A stretch of DNA of 64,000 nucleotides from a virus (Duplodnaviria > Caudoviricetes): IMG/VR virus record IMGVR_UViG_3300049846_001081; one strand, written 5' to 3'. This document shows, piece after piece, positions 7,933-16,022 of this stretch; positions within the stretch are counted from its first letter, which is position 1, and each line of letters starts with the position of its first letter. Under the pieces are notes generated by a model. That model searched no databases. It saw only the letters and a program-made list of their open reading frames with translations, and had not been told where the DNA came from. Both the position numbers and the translations under genes were made by a program.

Positions 7933-8609
7933 GTTTTATTCATCATAATTACTTAGGTGATCTTGAATTAGAAAAGAAAGAACAAAATGGTATCCGTCTC
8001 TATAATCTTCCCAATGGAGACTGGGTGCCTTCTATTACCTCCGTAACTTCTTTCTATAATCGTCAAATTTTTGTGAAGTGGCGTGAGCGTGTTGGTCTTG
8101 AAGAGGCAAATCGTATCACCAAAAGAGCAACAGCAAGAGGCACTGACTTTCACCAAGTCTGTCAAGATTATCTTGAAAATAAAGAACTGAACTGGGATGA
8201 TTATCAACCCCTAACAAAGTTTATGTTTTATCATCTCAAACCAGAACTTGATAAGATAAATAACATACATGCAATTGAGCGGACTCTTTACTCTCAATAT
8301 CTTGGACTTGCTGGACGAGTTGATTGTATTGCGGAGTATGAGGGAGAACTTGCCGTTATTGACTTCAAAACATCAGATAAAATCAAACCAGAAGAGTGGA
8401 TTGAAAACTATTTCGTTCAAGAAATGTTTTATGCTTCTGCATATTATGAACTCACTGGAAAAACTGTTAAAAAATTAATCACTTTAATGGTCACTCCTGG
8501 TGGTGAAGTTAAAGTGTTTGACAAAAGGAACAAAGGGGACTATATTAAGTTATTAGTTCGTTATATTAAAGAATTTGTATCTCACAATCTTAGGTCAGAT
8601 GGAGAATGA
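7929..8609 (+). CDS. PD-(D/E)xK exonuclease
   Basis: PSITSV, RGTDFH and AGRVDC…IDFKT motifs. Confidence 0.85.
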   Translation: MSFIHHNYLGDLELEKKEQNGIRLYNLPNGDWVPSITSVTSFYNRQIFVKWRERVGLEEANRITKRATARGTDFHQVCQDYLENKELNWDDYQPLTKFMFYHLKPELDKINNIHAIERTLYSQYLGLAGRVDCIAEYEGELAVIDFKTSDKIKPEEWIENYFVQEMFYASAYYELTGKTVKKLITLMVTPGGEVKVFDKRNKGDYIKLLVRYIKEFVSHNLRSDGE

Positions 8610-8856
8610 ATTAGAAAAGGTTTTAGAAAGTAAATTCTTCTGCCCATCACGGTTTGCACAAGAGATTGAAAAACTTGTGCAAACAAATCCTGATATGAAT
8701 TATATTGATGCTGTTATTTACTTCTGTGAACAAAACAACATTGATGTAGAATCAGTTCCCAAACTGATTTCAAAACCATTGAAAGAAAAAATTAAGTATG
8801 AAGCAATGGAACTTAATTTTCTGAAGAGGAGTTCCAGAGCGAAACTACCACTTTAA
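8599..8856 (+). CDS. gp33: Late transcription co-activator gp33
   Basis: YIDAVIYFCE…VPKLISKPLKEKI…EAMELN; located upstream of gp59 and gp32. Confidence 0.85.
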   Translation: MENELEKVLESKFFCPSRFAQEIEKLVQTNPDMNYIDAVIYFCEQNNIDVESVPKLISKPLKEKIKYEAMELNFLKRSSRAKLPL

Positions 8857-8859
8857 TGA

Positions 8860-9456
8860 ATGATGCCAGTTGATGCCTATCGTTGTTATCTGTCTTTAAA
8901 AAATCACTTTACCAAAGACAGTTATGATTACCACAAATACTGTGGTAAAAGTCGTGCTACAGTTCAATCTTTTTATAAACGCAAAGATCGTTTCTGGTTT
9001 GAAAAAGTTTCTAGACAAAAATCCGATCAAGAAATAGTAGAGTTTTTTGTTTCTAATTTCATTAGTTGTACAGATCCAAGTAAATTGTGGATCGGTGAAA
9101 TGATGAGAGAAGGTGATGATAGGTATGAGCAGTGGAAAAAAAGGAATCAATCACTTTCATATATTTTCAAAGAAGAATCCGAAAAGTTATTTGAAAATAA
9201 AAAACTTGAAGAAGTATTTGATTGTAAAAAGGGTCATCCACCAATACTTAAAAATTTCCTGAGCGGGAATATCAGTATAGAAACCCTAGTCATATACGAT
9301 AGAATTTTCCTGTTCGGGAATAAGTTTGATAAGAAACTCAAAGACCCAGTGTGGGAATCCGTAAGTATGAAAATGAAAAAATATTCTCCCTTCCTACATA
9401 TAAATGTACCGCGTTATAAGACTATCTTGAAGGAAATTGTTTTAGGAGACCAATGA
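8860..9456 (+). CDS. gp59: Helicase loader gp59
   Basis: YLSLKNHF…YDYHKY and FYKRKDRFWFEK motifs; synteny. Confidence 0.87.
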   Translation: MMPVDAYRCYLSLKNHFTKDSYDYHKYCGKSRATVQSFYKRKDRFWFEKVSRQKSDQEIVEFFVSNFISCTDPSKLWIGEMMREGDDRYEQWKKRNQSLSYIFKEESEKLFENKKLEEVFDCKKGHPPILKNFLSGNISIETLVIYDRIFLFGNKFDKKLKDPVWESVSMKMKKYSPFLHINVPRYKTILKEIVLGDQ

Positions 9457-9797
9457 GTTTTTTTAATTCCGAAGTCGTCCGTGCTGAGATGACTGAAATA
9501 GGTGAACTACAGGAAGAAGTTTATACAAACGTCTTCAAGTTTCCTGGAATGTCTAAGGAGGAAAAACTTAAACATGTAGAACTTTTGGAAAGACTTCTTG
9601 ATAAACAAAAAGTTCTTTATACAAGACTGAGTTTATCTGATGATCCAGAAGCAGTTGAAATGAAAGAACGCATTACTCAATCTGCAATTATGATGGGAAT
9701 GCCTCCTAACACTGATATGAACATCATCTTGAATAATATGTCAAAGATGCTTGAGGTGATGAAGCAACAGATTGACAAAACGGGTTCCGACCTGTAG
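9453..9797 (+). CDS. DUF1825-like cyanophage protein
   Basis: MSFFNSEVVRAE…RLSLSDDPEA. Confidence 0.7.
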   Translation: MSFFNSEVVRAEMTEIGELQEEVYTNVFKFPGMSKEEKLKHVELLERLLDKQKVLYTRLSLSDDPEAVEMKERITQSAIMMGMPPNTDMNIILNNMSKMLEVMKQQIDKTGSDL

Positions 9798-9800
9798 AAT
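9772..9800 (+). promoter_or_regulatory. Sigma70-type promoter for gp32
   Basis: TTGACA(9772-9777)-17 nt-TAGAAT(9795-9800). Confidence 0.8.
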
Positions 9801-9846
9801 AACAAGGTACACAAAAGCCAAATCCGTACAAATCCGAGGTAATCTA

Positions 9847-10785
9847 ATGTCTTTTTCAGATCTTAAGAAACAATCTTCTCTTGGTTCTCTGACACAGAAA
9901 CTGGTAAAGGAAGTAGAGAAGATGAGCAATACTTCTGGTGGCGCTGATGAGCGTCTCTGGAAACCCGAAATGGATAAGACTGGTAATGGTTTTGCCATTA
10001 TCCGTTTTCTTCCTGCCCCTGAAGGTGAAGAACTTCCCTGGGCAAAGGTTTATTCTCATGCCTTCCAAGGTCCTGGTGGTTGGTACATTGAGAACTCTCT
10101 GACTACTCTTGGTCAGAAAGATCCTGTGTCCGAATACAATCGTGAACTCTGGAACAGTGGTAGTGACAAGGACAAAGAAACTGTGCGTAAGCAGAAGCGT
10201 AAACTGTCTTACTACTCCAACATCTATGTCGTGAAGGATCCTGCTAATCCTGCTAACGAAGGTAAAGTCTTCCTGTTTAAGTATGGTAAGAAGATCTTTG
10301 ATAAGATCATGGAAGCAATGCAACCTGAGTTTGAAGATGAAACTCCTATCAATCCTTTTGACTTCTGGCAAGGTGCTAACTTCAAACTGAAGTTGGTGAA
10401 GAAGGATGGTTACTGGAACTATGATAAGTCTGAGTTTGATCGTGTTGCCCCTCTTCTGGACGACGACGATGCTCTGGAAGCAGTCTGGAAGAAGCAATAT
10501 TCTCTGACTGCTGTAACTGCACCTGATCAGTTCAAGTCATACGAAGACCTTGATAAGCGTCTGAAGTATGTTCTGGGTCAGAAAGGTACTCCTCGTATGT
10601 CTTCTGTTGAAGAAGAAACTGAATACGATGAGTATGTTGAGAAAACTGCTGAGAGTAAAGTAGTTGCAGAACTGGAGCAATCCTATGCCCGTTCTAAGTC
10701 TCCTTCACTTCCTGTGGTGACTAAGGAAGTTGATGAAGATGAAGACGATGCTCTTGCTTACTTCCAGCGTCTTGCTGAAGATTGA
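9847..10785 (+). CDS. gp32: Single-stranded DNA-binding protein gp32
   Basis: IRFLPAP, HAFQGPGGWYIENSLTT, KRKLSYYSNI and PFDFWQGANF motifs; acidic tail; start ATG 9847. Confidence 0.96.
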   Translation: MSFSDLKKQSSLGSLTQKLVKEVEKMSNTSGGADERLWKPEMDKTGNGFAIIRFLPAPEGEELPWAKVYSHAFQGPGGWYIENSLTTLGQKDPVSEYNRELWNSGSDKDKETVRKQKRKLSYYSNIYVVKDPANPANEGKVFLFKYGKKIFDKIMEAMQPEFEDETPINPFDFWQGANFKLKLVKKDGYWNYDKSEFDRVAPLLDDDDALEAVWKKQYSLTAVTAPDQFKSYEDLDKRLKYVLGQKGTPRMSSVEEETEYDEYVEKTAESKVVAELEQSYARSKSPSLPVVTKEVDEDEDDALAYFQRLAED

Positions 10786-11454
10786 TCAAGAATAGAGTTT
10801 AATATTATCAGATCTCTTAAGGTCCTCACTAATATACTGTGAGGACCCTTTTTTATATGGCATAATATCACCCATATCATCAAGAACAACGTTAAGGTAT
10901 CTTGATTTAAGAATAAAAATATTTCTTTTATCGTTTTCTAGTTTTTCTTCATATTCATAATTTGTAATTGGAACTGCAATATTTCCACTGTCAATTTGTC
11001 TGTCCGAAGAATAGTCGTAAAAACTTATAGAATAATTTGATGGAACTTGTAAACCAGCAGGAACAATCACAACACCTTGACTGTTTTTAACTTCCACTGT
11101 TTCATAGTGATGAATGCCACCATATAAAGTATTATAGTTGCCGTACTTAGCCAGCATTAAGTCATCAAATTGTTGTTGTGGTAATGGCCATTCTGTTTGA
11201 ATATTCACAATATTATTACAAAGAAGAACTAACCAATCAAGTGTTGAGTCTTGGTAAACTTCAAACGCAACATTGTCTGGGCGATCATTTCCTTTGATTT
11301 GATATTTGGTGAAGAATGCTAAGTTTTGGAAAATGTCTTCTCTGAGTTTTCCTTTCTTGAATAAGTTTTTAAGTGGAGCATAATCTCCAATTTTAGCATC
11401 TGGGAGTCTGCTAACGTATTCAAAGTTTGGAACTTGACGGAAGTAACTTGGCAT
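10786..11454 (-). CDS. gp53: Baseplate wedge protein gp53
   Basis: RPDNVA…DWLVLLCNNI…EWP, HHYET and YEYEEKLEN motifs. Confidence 0.87.
   Translation of the reverse strand: MPSYFRQVPNFEYVSRLPDAKIGDYAPLKNLFKKGKLREDIFQNLAFFTKYQIKGNDRPDNVAFEVYQDSTLDWLVLLCNNIVNIQTEWPLPQQQFDDLMLAKYGNYNTLYGGIHHYETVEVKNSQGVVIVPAGLQVPSNYSISFYDYSSDRQIDSGNIAVPITNYEYEEKLENDKRNIFILKSRYLNVVLDDMGDIMPYKKGSSQYISEDLKRSDNIKLYS
10821..10854 (+). terminator. gp32 terminator embedded in the 3' end of the convergent gp53
   Basis: GGTCCTCAC-N9-GTGAGGACC-C-TTTTTT. Confidence 0.7.
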
Positions 11455-11455
11455 T

Positions 11456-12784
11456 TTAGTAACCTATTTCTATGTCTTTGTTTTGGTCTATGCTAGAATA
11501 ATCATCATTGAAGACTGGTTCTAATTCTTGGAATTGCATAGTGATTAGATAAGAAACCATTGCGCCATCAGTGAACGTTGCATATTGACCTTCTGGTGTA
11601 TAGTTAACTGAGAAAGACTGCAATGCACATTCTTTAAATTTATTTAAGTAACTATGTGATTCATTTTTATGTAAATATTCTAATTGGAATGTGTGGGGTG
11701 CCTTGAGAAATAATTGAGATTGTGTTCTTATGGGAGACATCCCCTGTTTAAAAAATCTAATGATAGAACGAATTGCTTGTGCTTCTTTATCACTTCTTGC
11801 ACTCAACTTAAATGTAAAACTAAAAGGTCTTAACGTTGGTGCTTGGAATAAAAGTTCCATATTAGGGTTTTGTACTGCCCCCTGTGTTCTTGATAATATA
11901 CCTGATACTCCAACTGCTTGTTCAGTGAAGTAAGCTGCTAATCCCGTTTGGATTTCCGAAGCACTTTGTCGTGCTTGCTCTGCTTGTCTTCCTGCCGTTT
12001 CTGATGCTTTTGCACCACCTCCTGTTATTCCAGCATTTGCTAAATCTGCTAATGCTTTTTGAGCACTTGTTATTTCTCCACTACCCCAAGTAACTGCATT
12101 TTGATCTGAGATGCCAGCGGGAATCGGAAGAACCACGCGACCAATTGTTCTTTTTGTGAAATCTGATCTTGGACCAAAACTTCCTAAACCCCCTTCTCCC
12201 CCCTCATTTGGTTTTCTTGGTTCATATTTTAACATGTTAAATCTAATAACGTCTTGATATTCACTTTTTAAATTAAGAGGGTATCTTAATGGATCTTCTT
12301 TTCCTGGAAATTCATTTCTTGTTCCTTTTTGTTCTTTTGATAGTTGTGATGTTAATTGTTTTTCTGGATCATCTGCAGTTTTTGCTGCATTTTCTCCTGC
12401 TGATGTTGATTTGAATTCTTTGGATTCAGCAATTCCTTTTGCTTCATTGGAGGTTGAAATATTCGGATTAGATAGCAAAGAAACTGATTGTTGTTTGTTT
12501 GCTTTTTCTGCTGCGTTTAATTTATCTTTCCCAAATCTTCTTACAAAATCATCATAAGCAGATCCTTTTGTCACACTTCCATCTGCATTTGTGGAAGTTA
12601 GTAGAGATCTTTGTGTGAGTGCTGTTCCGTATATTCCGCTTACAAAATATAATTGTCTCTGTCCTGTTGAAACGTTAGTTACATTTGCATAACGAGCATC
12701 GCCAATCTGAAACTCAGACGAATACTCCTCTGGTTTATTTTGGTTTATATTATTCCAATTTTTAATCTGAGGTCTATCCGCCAT
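11456..12784 (-). CDS. gp48: Baseplate tail tube cap gp48
   Basis: NPNMELLFQAPTLRPFSFTFKL and CALQSFSVNYTP motifs. Confidence 0.87.
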   Translation of the reverse strand: MADRPQIKNWNNINQNKPEEYSSEFQIGDARYANVTNVSTGQRQLYFVSGIYGTALTQRSLLTSTNADGSVTKGSAYDDFVRRFGKDKLNAAEKANKQQSVSLLSNPNISTSNEAKGIAESKEFKSTSAGENAAKTADDPEKQLTSQLSKEQKGTRNEFPGKEDPLRYPLNLKSEYQDVIRFNMLKYEPRKPNEGGEGGLGSFGPRSDFTKRTIGRVVLPIPAGISDQNAVTWGSGEITSAQKALADLANAGITGGGAKASETAGRQAEQARQSASEIQTGLAAYFTEQAVGVSGILSRTQGAVQNPNMELLFQAPTLRPFSFTFKLSARSDKEAQAIRSIIRFFKQGMSPIRTQSQLFLKAPHTFQLEYLHKNESHSYLNKFKECALQSFSVNYTPEGQYATFTDGAMVSYLITMQFQELEPVFNDDYSSIDQNKDIEIGY

Positions 12785-12798
12785 TAGATATGGGTTTT

Positions 12799-13188
12799 TT
12801 ATTTATTTAGACGGAATTTTCCATACTGTAAAGCAAGTAGTTCATCAAGCTCTTCATACTTAACGACATGAAGTTGTCCTGCTAGTTCCTCCCAAGTATA
12901 ATTCCTTGATTCTCTCCAGTGAAAGTTAATCGCTTTAAATCCCCATCTTTGAACTTCAGTGCAAGCAATGAGTGGGTGTTGGTCATATTCAATATCAGGA
13001 GTCTTGGGATTATAAACAAAGGTATAGAATTTTCCAACTTCTGGTATCCAAGTTTTTTCTGTAAAGTATTCCATAATCAAAAGCATAATATCTTCCGGAT
13101 CTTTGATATCTTTTCTATCAATTTCTTGTTTGAGTCTTTTAACTCTAGCAGTTGAACCAGAAATATATTGACCGAAACCTTCTGCCAT
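12799..13188 (-). CDS. gp2: DNA end protector gp2-like
   Basis: GKFYTFVYNPKT…YDQHPLI…INFHW; adjacent to gp4. Confidence 0.7.
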   Translation of the reverse strand: MAEGFGQYISGSTARVKRLKQEIDRKDIKDPEDIMLLIMEYFTEKTWIPEVGKFYTFVYNPKTPDIEYDQHPLIACTEVQRWGFKAINFHWRESRNYTWEELAGQLHVVKYEELDELLALQYGKFRLNK

Positions 13189-13631
13189 TATTTGATACCT
13201 AGTTCTTTTTCTGTAATAACAATGAACTCAAGCATTCTATCTGCACACCATTCTTTTGCTGCTTTCCATTTTGCTTGATTGACTGCATAGGTTGTGCATT
13301 CGTGAATGTATGATTTTGTGACTTTACTTTTTTTCTGTGGGGGAACTGTTTGTTTTGCTGGTTTAACTTCCACCACATAAGTTTTAATTTGACCTGACGA
13401 CTCTTTTACCTTAATAATAAAGTCTGGGAAATATCTACACACTCTTTCCTTTGCTGGATTGTAATATGGAATAAAAAACTCTTCACTTCCCCAAGAAATA
13501 ATACTTTCATTTAGATCACACCAATTGCAGAATCGGCGTTCCCAACTGCTTCTACAGATAATATTGTCAGGATCACCCTTGTATTTTTGTGGATAAGATG
13601 GTTTGTACTTACTCTTAATACTTTCTGCCAT
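13188..13631 (-). CDS. gp4: Head completion nuclease gp4
   Basis: KYKGDP…RSSWE…WGSEE…YFPDF…EVKP…NQAKW. Confidence 0.92.
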   Translation of the reverse strand: MAESIKSKYKPSYPQKYKGDPDNIICRSSWERRFCNWCDLNESIISWGSEEFFIPYYNPAKERVCRYFPDFIIKVKESSGQIKTYVVEVKPAKQTVPPQKKSKVTKSYIHECTTYAVNQAKWKAAKEWCADRMLEFIVITEKELGIK

Positions 13632-13666
13632 TATCCTTGATACATAATATATAACGGGTCAAAAAG

Positions 13667-13674
13667 TATTTATA
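13667..13674 (-). promoter_or_regulatory. T4 late promoter for the gp4-gp2-gp48-gp53 block
   Basis: Exact TATAAATA on the - strand; a second ATAAATA lies at 12800-12806. Confidence 0.75.
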
Positions 13675-13675
13675 G

Positions 13676-14599
13676 ATGGCTAGTCCTGCCCCAAGAATAA
13701 GAACAGTATCTGATATTAAAGCAACACTTTTGAATCCAGCTACTACATCTCATTATGAGGTGTCAGTTGCTTTTCCTGGAAAACTTGGAAAATATTTGGA
13801 GCAAAATGGTGTTAGATTAAATCCGGTGAATAAAGATAAATTGAATTTAATGTGTTGTGAAGCAACTCTTCCTGGTTCTAACCTAGCAACGTTGGAAGTT
13901 ACTGGGGATTTCCATGGTGTAACTGAAAGACATGCTTATAGAAGAGTTTATGATGATCGTATTGATTTAACTTTTTATGTTGATTCTGAGTATTATTTGC
14001 CAATCAGAGTATTTGAAACCTGGATAAAATACATTGCTCAAGAGGCAAGTGAAACAGGACAACCAGATAAAGGGAATATAACCTCCAGATCTTCTGAATA
14101 TTTTTATAGATTTAACTATCCAGATAATTATGTTGCAACTGGATTATCAATTACTAAATTTGAAAGAAGTAGTTTGGGTGATGTAAGAGGAAGACGTGGT
14201 GGTGTTTTAAATTATGAGTTTATAAGATCGTATCCAATCAATATTGAATCTATGCCAGTATCTTATGAATCTTCTTCTCTGCTTAAATGTACCGTTTCAA
14301 TGACTTATATTAGATACATCTTGGACAAACTTACTGATCCTCCTATAAACGAACAAAATCAGGGTCAACCTTTATCACCAATAGAACAAGCTTCTTTTAA
14401 TAGCATTCCTGATTACTTTGTAAATCCTGAATTTGGAGCACAACGAATAACAGATGGTCCAGTATATAATGACTTCTTAAATGCCGATATACAGAAGGAT
14501 GGAAGAGCAATAGGAAATCCTAGACTTGATCAATTTGGTGTTCGTGATCAATTAGGTAGAGGTGCTCCTGGAACAATAGGTGCAAATATTCTAGCATAA
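13676..14599 (+). CDS. Tail tube-related protein (gp54/gp19-like)
   Basis: CCEATLPGS, YRRVYDDRIDLTFYVD, FETW and YPINI…VSMTY motifs of the gp19/gp54 fold. Confidence 0.75.
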   Translation: MASPAPRIRTVSDIKATLLNPATTSHYEVSVAFPGKLGKYLEQNGVRLNPVNKDKLNLMCCEATLPGSNLATLEVTGDFHGVTERHAYRRVYDDRIDLTFYVDSEYYLPIRVFETWIKYIAQEASETGQPDKGNITSRSSEYFYRFNYPDNYVATGLSITKFERSSLGDVRGRRGGVLNYEFIRSYPINIESMPVSYESSSLLKCTVSMTYIRYILDKLTDPPINEQNQGQPLSPIEQASFNSIPDYFVNPEFGAQRITDGPVYNDFLNADIQKDGRAIGNPRLDQFGVRDQLGRGAPGTIGANILA

Positions 14600-14622
14600 A
14601 AAAAGAGGGTCCGAAGACCCTC
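14598..14622 (-). terminator. Intrinsic terminator for the two small - strand ORFs
   Basis: On the - strand: GAGGGTC-TTCG-GACCCTC-TTTTTTT. Confidence 0.85.
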
Positions 14623-14758
14623 ATTTATCTTTCCAATCAGTTGGTGGTGGAGGAATAAGTCCAAGAGTTGCCAGACCTGCGAATACATAACCAGCACCAA
14701 AGACTGAACAAACTATTATGCAGTATGCAAAGAATAGTTTTTTTAGAATATTAATCAT
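14621..14758 (-). CDS. Small membrane protein (45 aa, MINILKKLFFAYCIIVCSVFGAGYVFAGLATLGLIPPPPTDWKDK), not in the ORF track
   Basis: Overlaps the stop of 14751..14987, is strongly hydrophobic, and ends inside the terminator. Confidence 0.65.
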   Translation of the reverse strand: MINILKKLFFAYCIIVCSVFGAGYVFAGLATLGLIPPPPTDWKDK

Positions 14759-14987
14759 CTTTTTTGGTTCCAATTGTTCCTAGAGCACCCGTAATTGCAA
14801 TCAAGTTTGCTAGAAGAAACCAGTTTCCTTCAGCAGATACATTCATCCGATGCCTCATTTCTTCGTGATGGGCACCTACGGAAACTGCTTTTTCTAAAGC
14901 TGCCATGTCACGGATTCCCCAAGAACCAAAGTACATAGAGAGTCCGACTCCATAGAGAAAGACGAGACTGAAGAAGAAACGACGCAT
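14751..14987 (-). CDS. Small membrane protein with two hydrophobic segments
   Basis: 78 aa; has its own promoter upstream. Confidence 0.65.
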   Translation of the reverse strand: MRRFFFSLVFLYGVGLSMYFGSWGIRDMAALEKAVSVGAHHEEMRHRMNVSAEGNWFLLANLIAITGALGTIGTKKDD

Positions 14988-15009
14988 TGTTTTGTTTGTT
15001 TATCATCTT

Positions 15010-15066
15010 ATTATAGGATGAAATGATGCTCCTGTCACCAGACAATGGACACTTCTCCATCTGTCC
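15010..15066 (-). promoter_or_regulatory. Early-type promoter with upstream inverted repeat
   Basis: On the - strand: GTGACA-17 nt-TATAAT (15038-15010), preceded by GGACA-N10-TGTCC (15047-15066). Confidence 0.6.
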
Positions 15067-15073
15067 ATCCCCC

Positions 15074-15080
15074 ATAAATA
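15074..15080 (+). promoter_or_regulatory. Late promoter for gp26
   Basis: ATAAATA about 30 nt before the ATG. Confidence 0.65.
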
Positions 15081-15108
15081 ATCACACTGAAATATTCTAT
15101 AGGTCATT

Positions 15109-15828
15109 ATGCCTTTACCAAAGATTTCTACACCAACTTATGAACTTGAATTGCCATCAACAGGAGAAACAATTCAATATAGACCATTCCTAGTAAAGGA
15201 AGAAAAGCTATTAGTGATTGCTTTAGAGAGTGAAGATACTAAGCAAATTACTACAGCAATTAAAACCGTTATTAAAAGTTGTATTCTTACCAAAAATATC
15301 AAAGTAGAAATTCTTCCTACTTTTGATATTGAATATTTGTTTTTGAATATTCGTGGTAAGTCTGTTGGGGAAGAATTGGAAGTCAACGTTATTTGCCCAG
15401 ACGATGAAGAGACTCAAGTTGCAGTGAAAATTAATCTTGATGATATTCAAGTTCAGAAAGACGAAAATCATACTAATCGTATTAAACTTGATGACTCTAT
15501 TATGATGGAAATGAAGTATCCATCATTGGATCAATTCATTAAAAATAACTTTGACTTCAATGATAAAAATGCAATGGATCAATCATTTGAATTGATTGGT
15601 TCTTGCATTGATAAAATATACACTGAGGATGAGGTATGGTCTGCGTCTGATGTAACCAAGAAGGAATTATCTGAGTTTCTTGAGTCAATGAATTCCTCTC
15701 AGTTTAAAGACATTGAAAAGTTTTTTGAAACAATGCCTAAACTTTCTCATACCATTAAAGTAAAAAATCCAAAGACTGAAATTGAAAGTGATGTTGTTCT
15801 TGAGGGTTTAGCGTCTTTTTTCGTGTAG
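15109..15828 (+). CDS. gp26: Baseplate hub subunit gp26
   Basis: MPLPKI…YRPFLVKEEK and DIEYLFLNIRGKSVGE motifs. Confidence 0.92.
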   Translation: MPLPKISTPTYELELPSTGETIQYRPFLVKEEKLLVIALESEDTKQITTAIKTVIKSCILTKNIKVEILPTFDIEYLFLNIRGKSVGEELEVNVICPDDEETQVAVKINLDDIQVQKDENHTNRIKLDDSIMMEMKYPSLDQFIKNNFDFNDKNAMDQSFELIGSCIDKIYTEDEVWSASDVTKKELSEFLESMNSSQFKDIEKFFETMPKLSHTIKVKNPKTEIESDVVLEGLASFFV

Positions 15829-15830
15829 CA

Positions 15831-16022
15831 ATGGTCCATATGGACCTGGAAAATTATTTCCGACTTAATTTTTCTTTGATGCAGTACCATAAATATTCTT
15901 TATGGGAGATTGAAAATATGATACCTTGGGAAAGAGATATTTACGTTACGTTATTACAACAACATCTTGAAGAAGAAGAGTCCAAACAAAAACAGCAGAT
16001 GAGCAATGCCCACTTCCAATGA
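15831..16022 (+). CDS. gp51: Baseplate hub assembly protein gp51
   Basis: LMQYHKYSLWEIENMIPWERDIY motif. Confidence 0.9.
   Translation: MVHMDLENYFRLNFSLMQYHKYSLWEIENMIPWERDIYVTLLQQHLEEEESKQKQQMSNAHFQ

Noticed and set aside
9856-10497. 213-aa minus-strand ORF
   Set aside because: It is an antisense shadow of gp32 caused by codon bias; there is no start context and no recognisable motif.
13188-13631. TnsA-like nuclease suggesting a transposon or homing endonuclease
   Set aside because: Motifs and synteny with gp2, gp48 and gp53 identify it as head-completion gp4.
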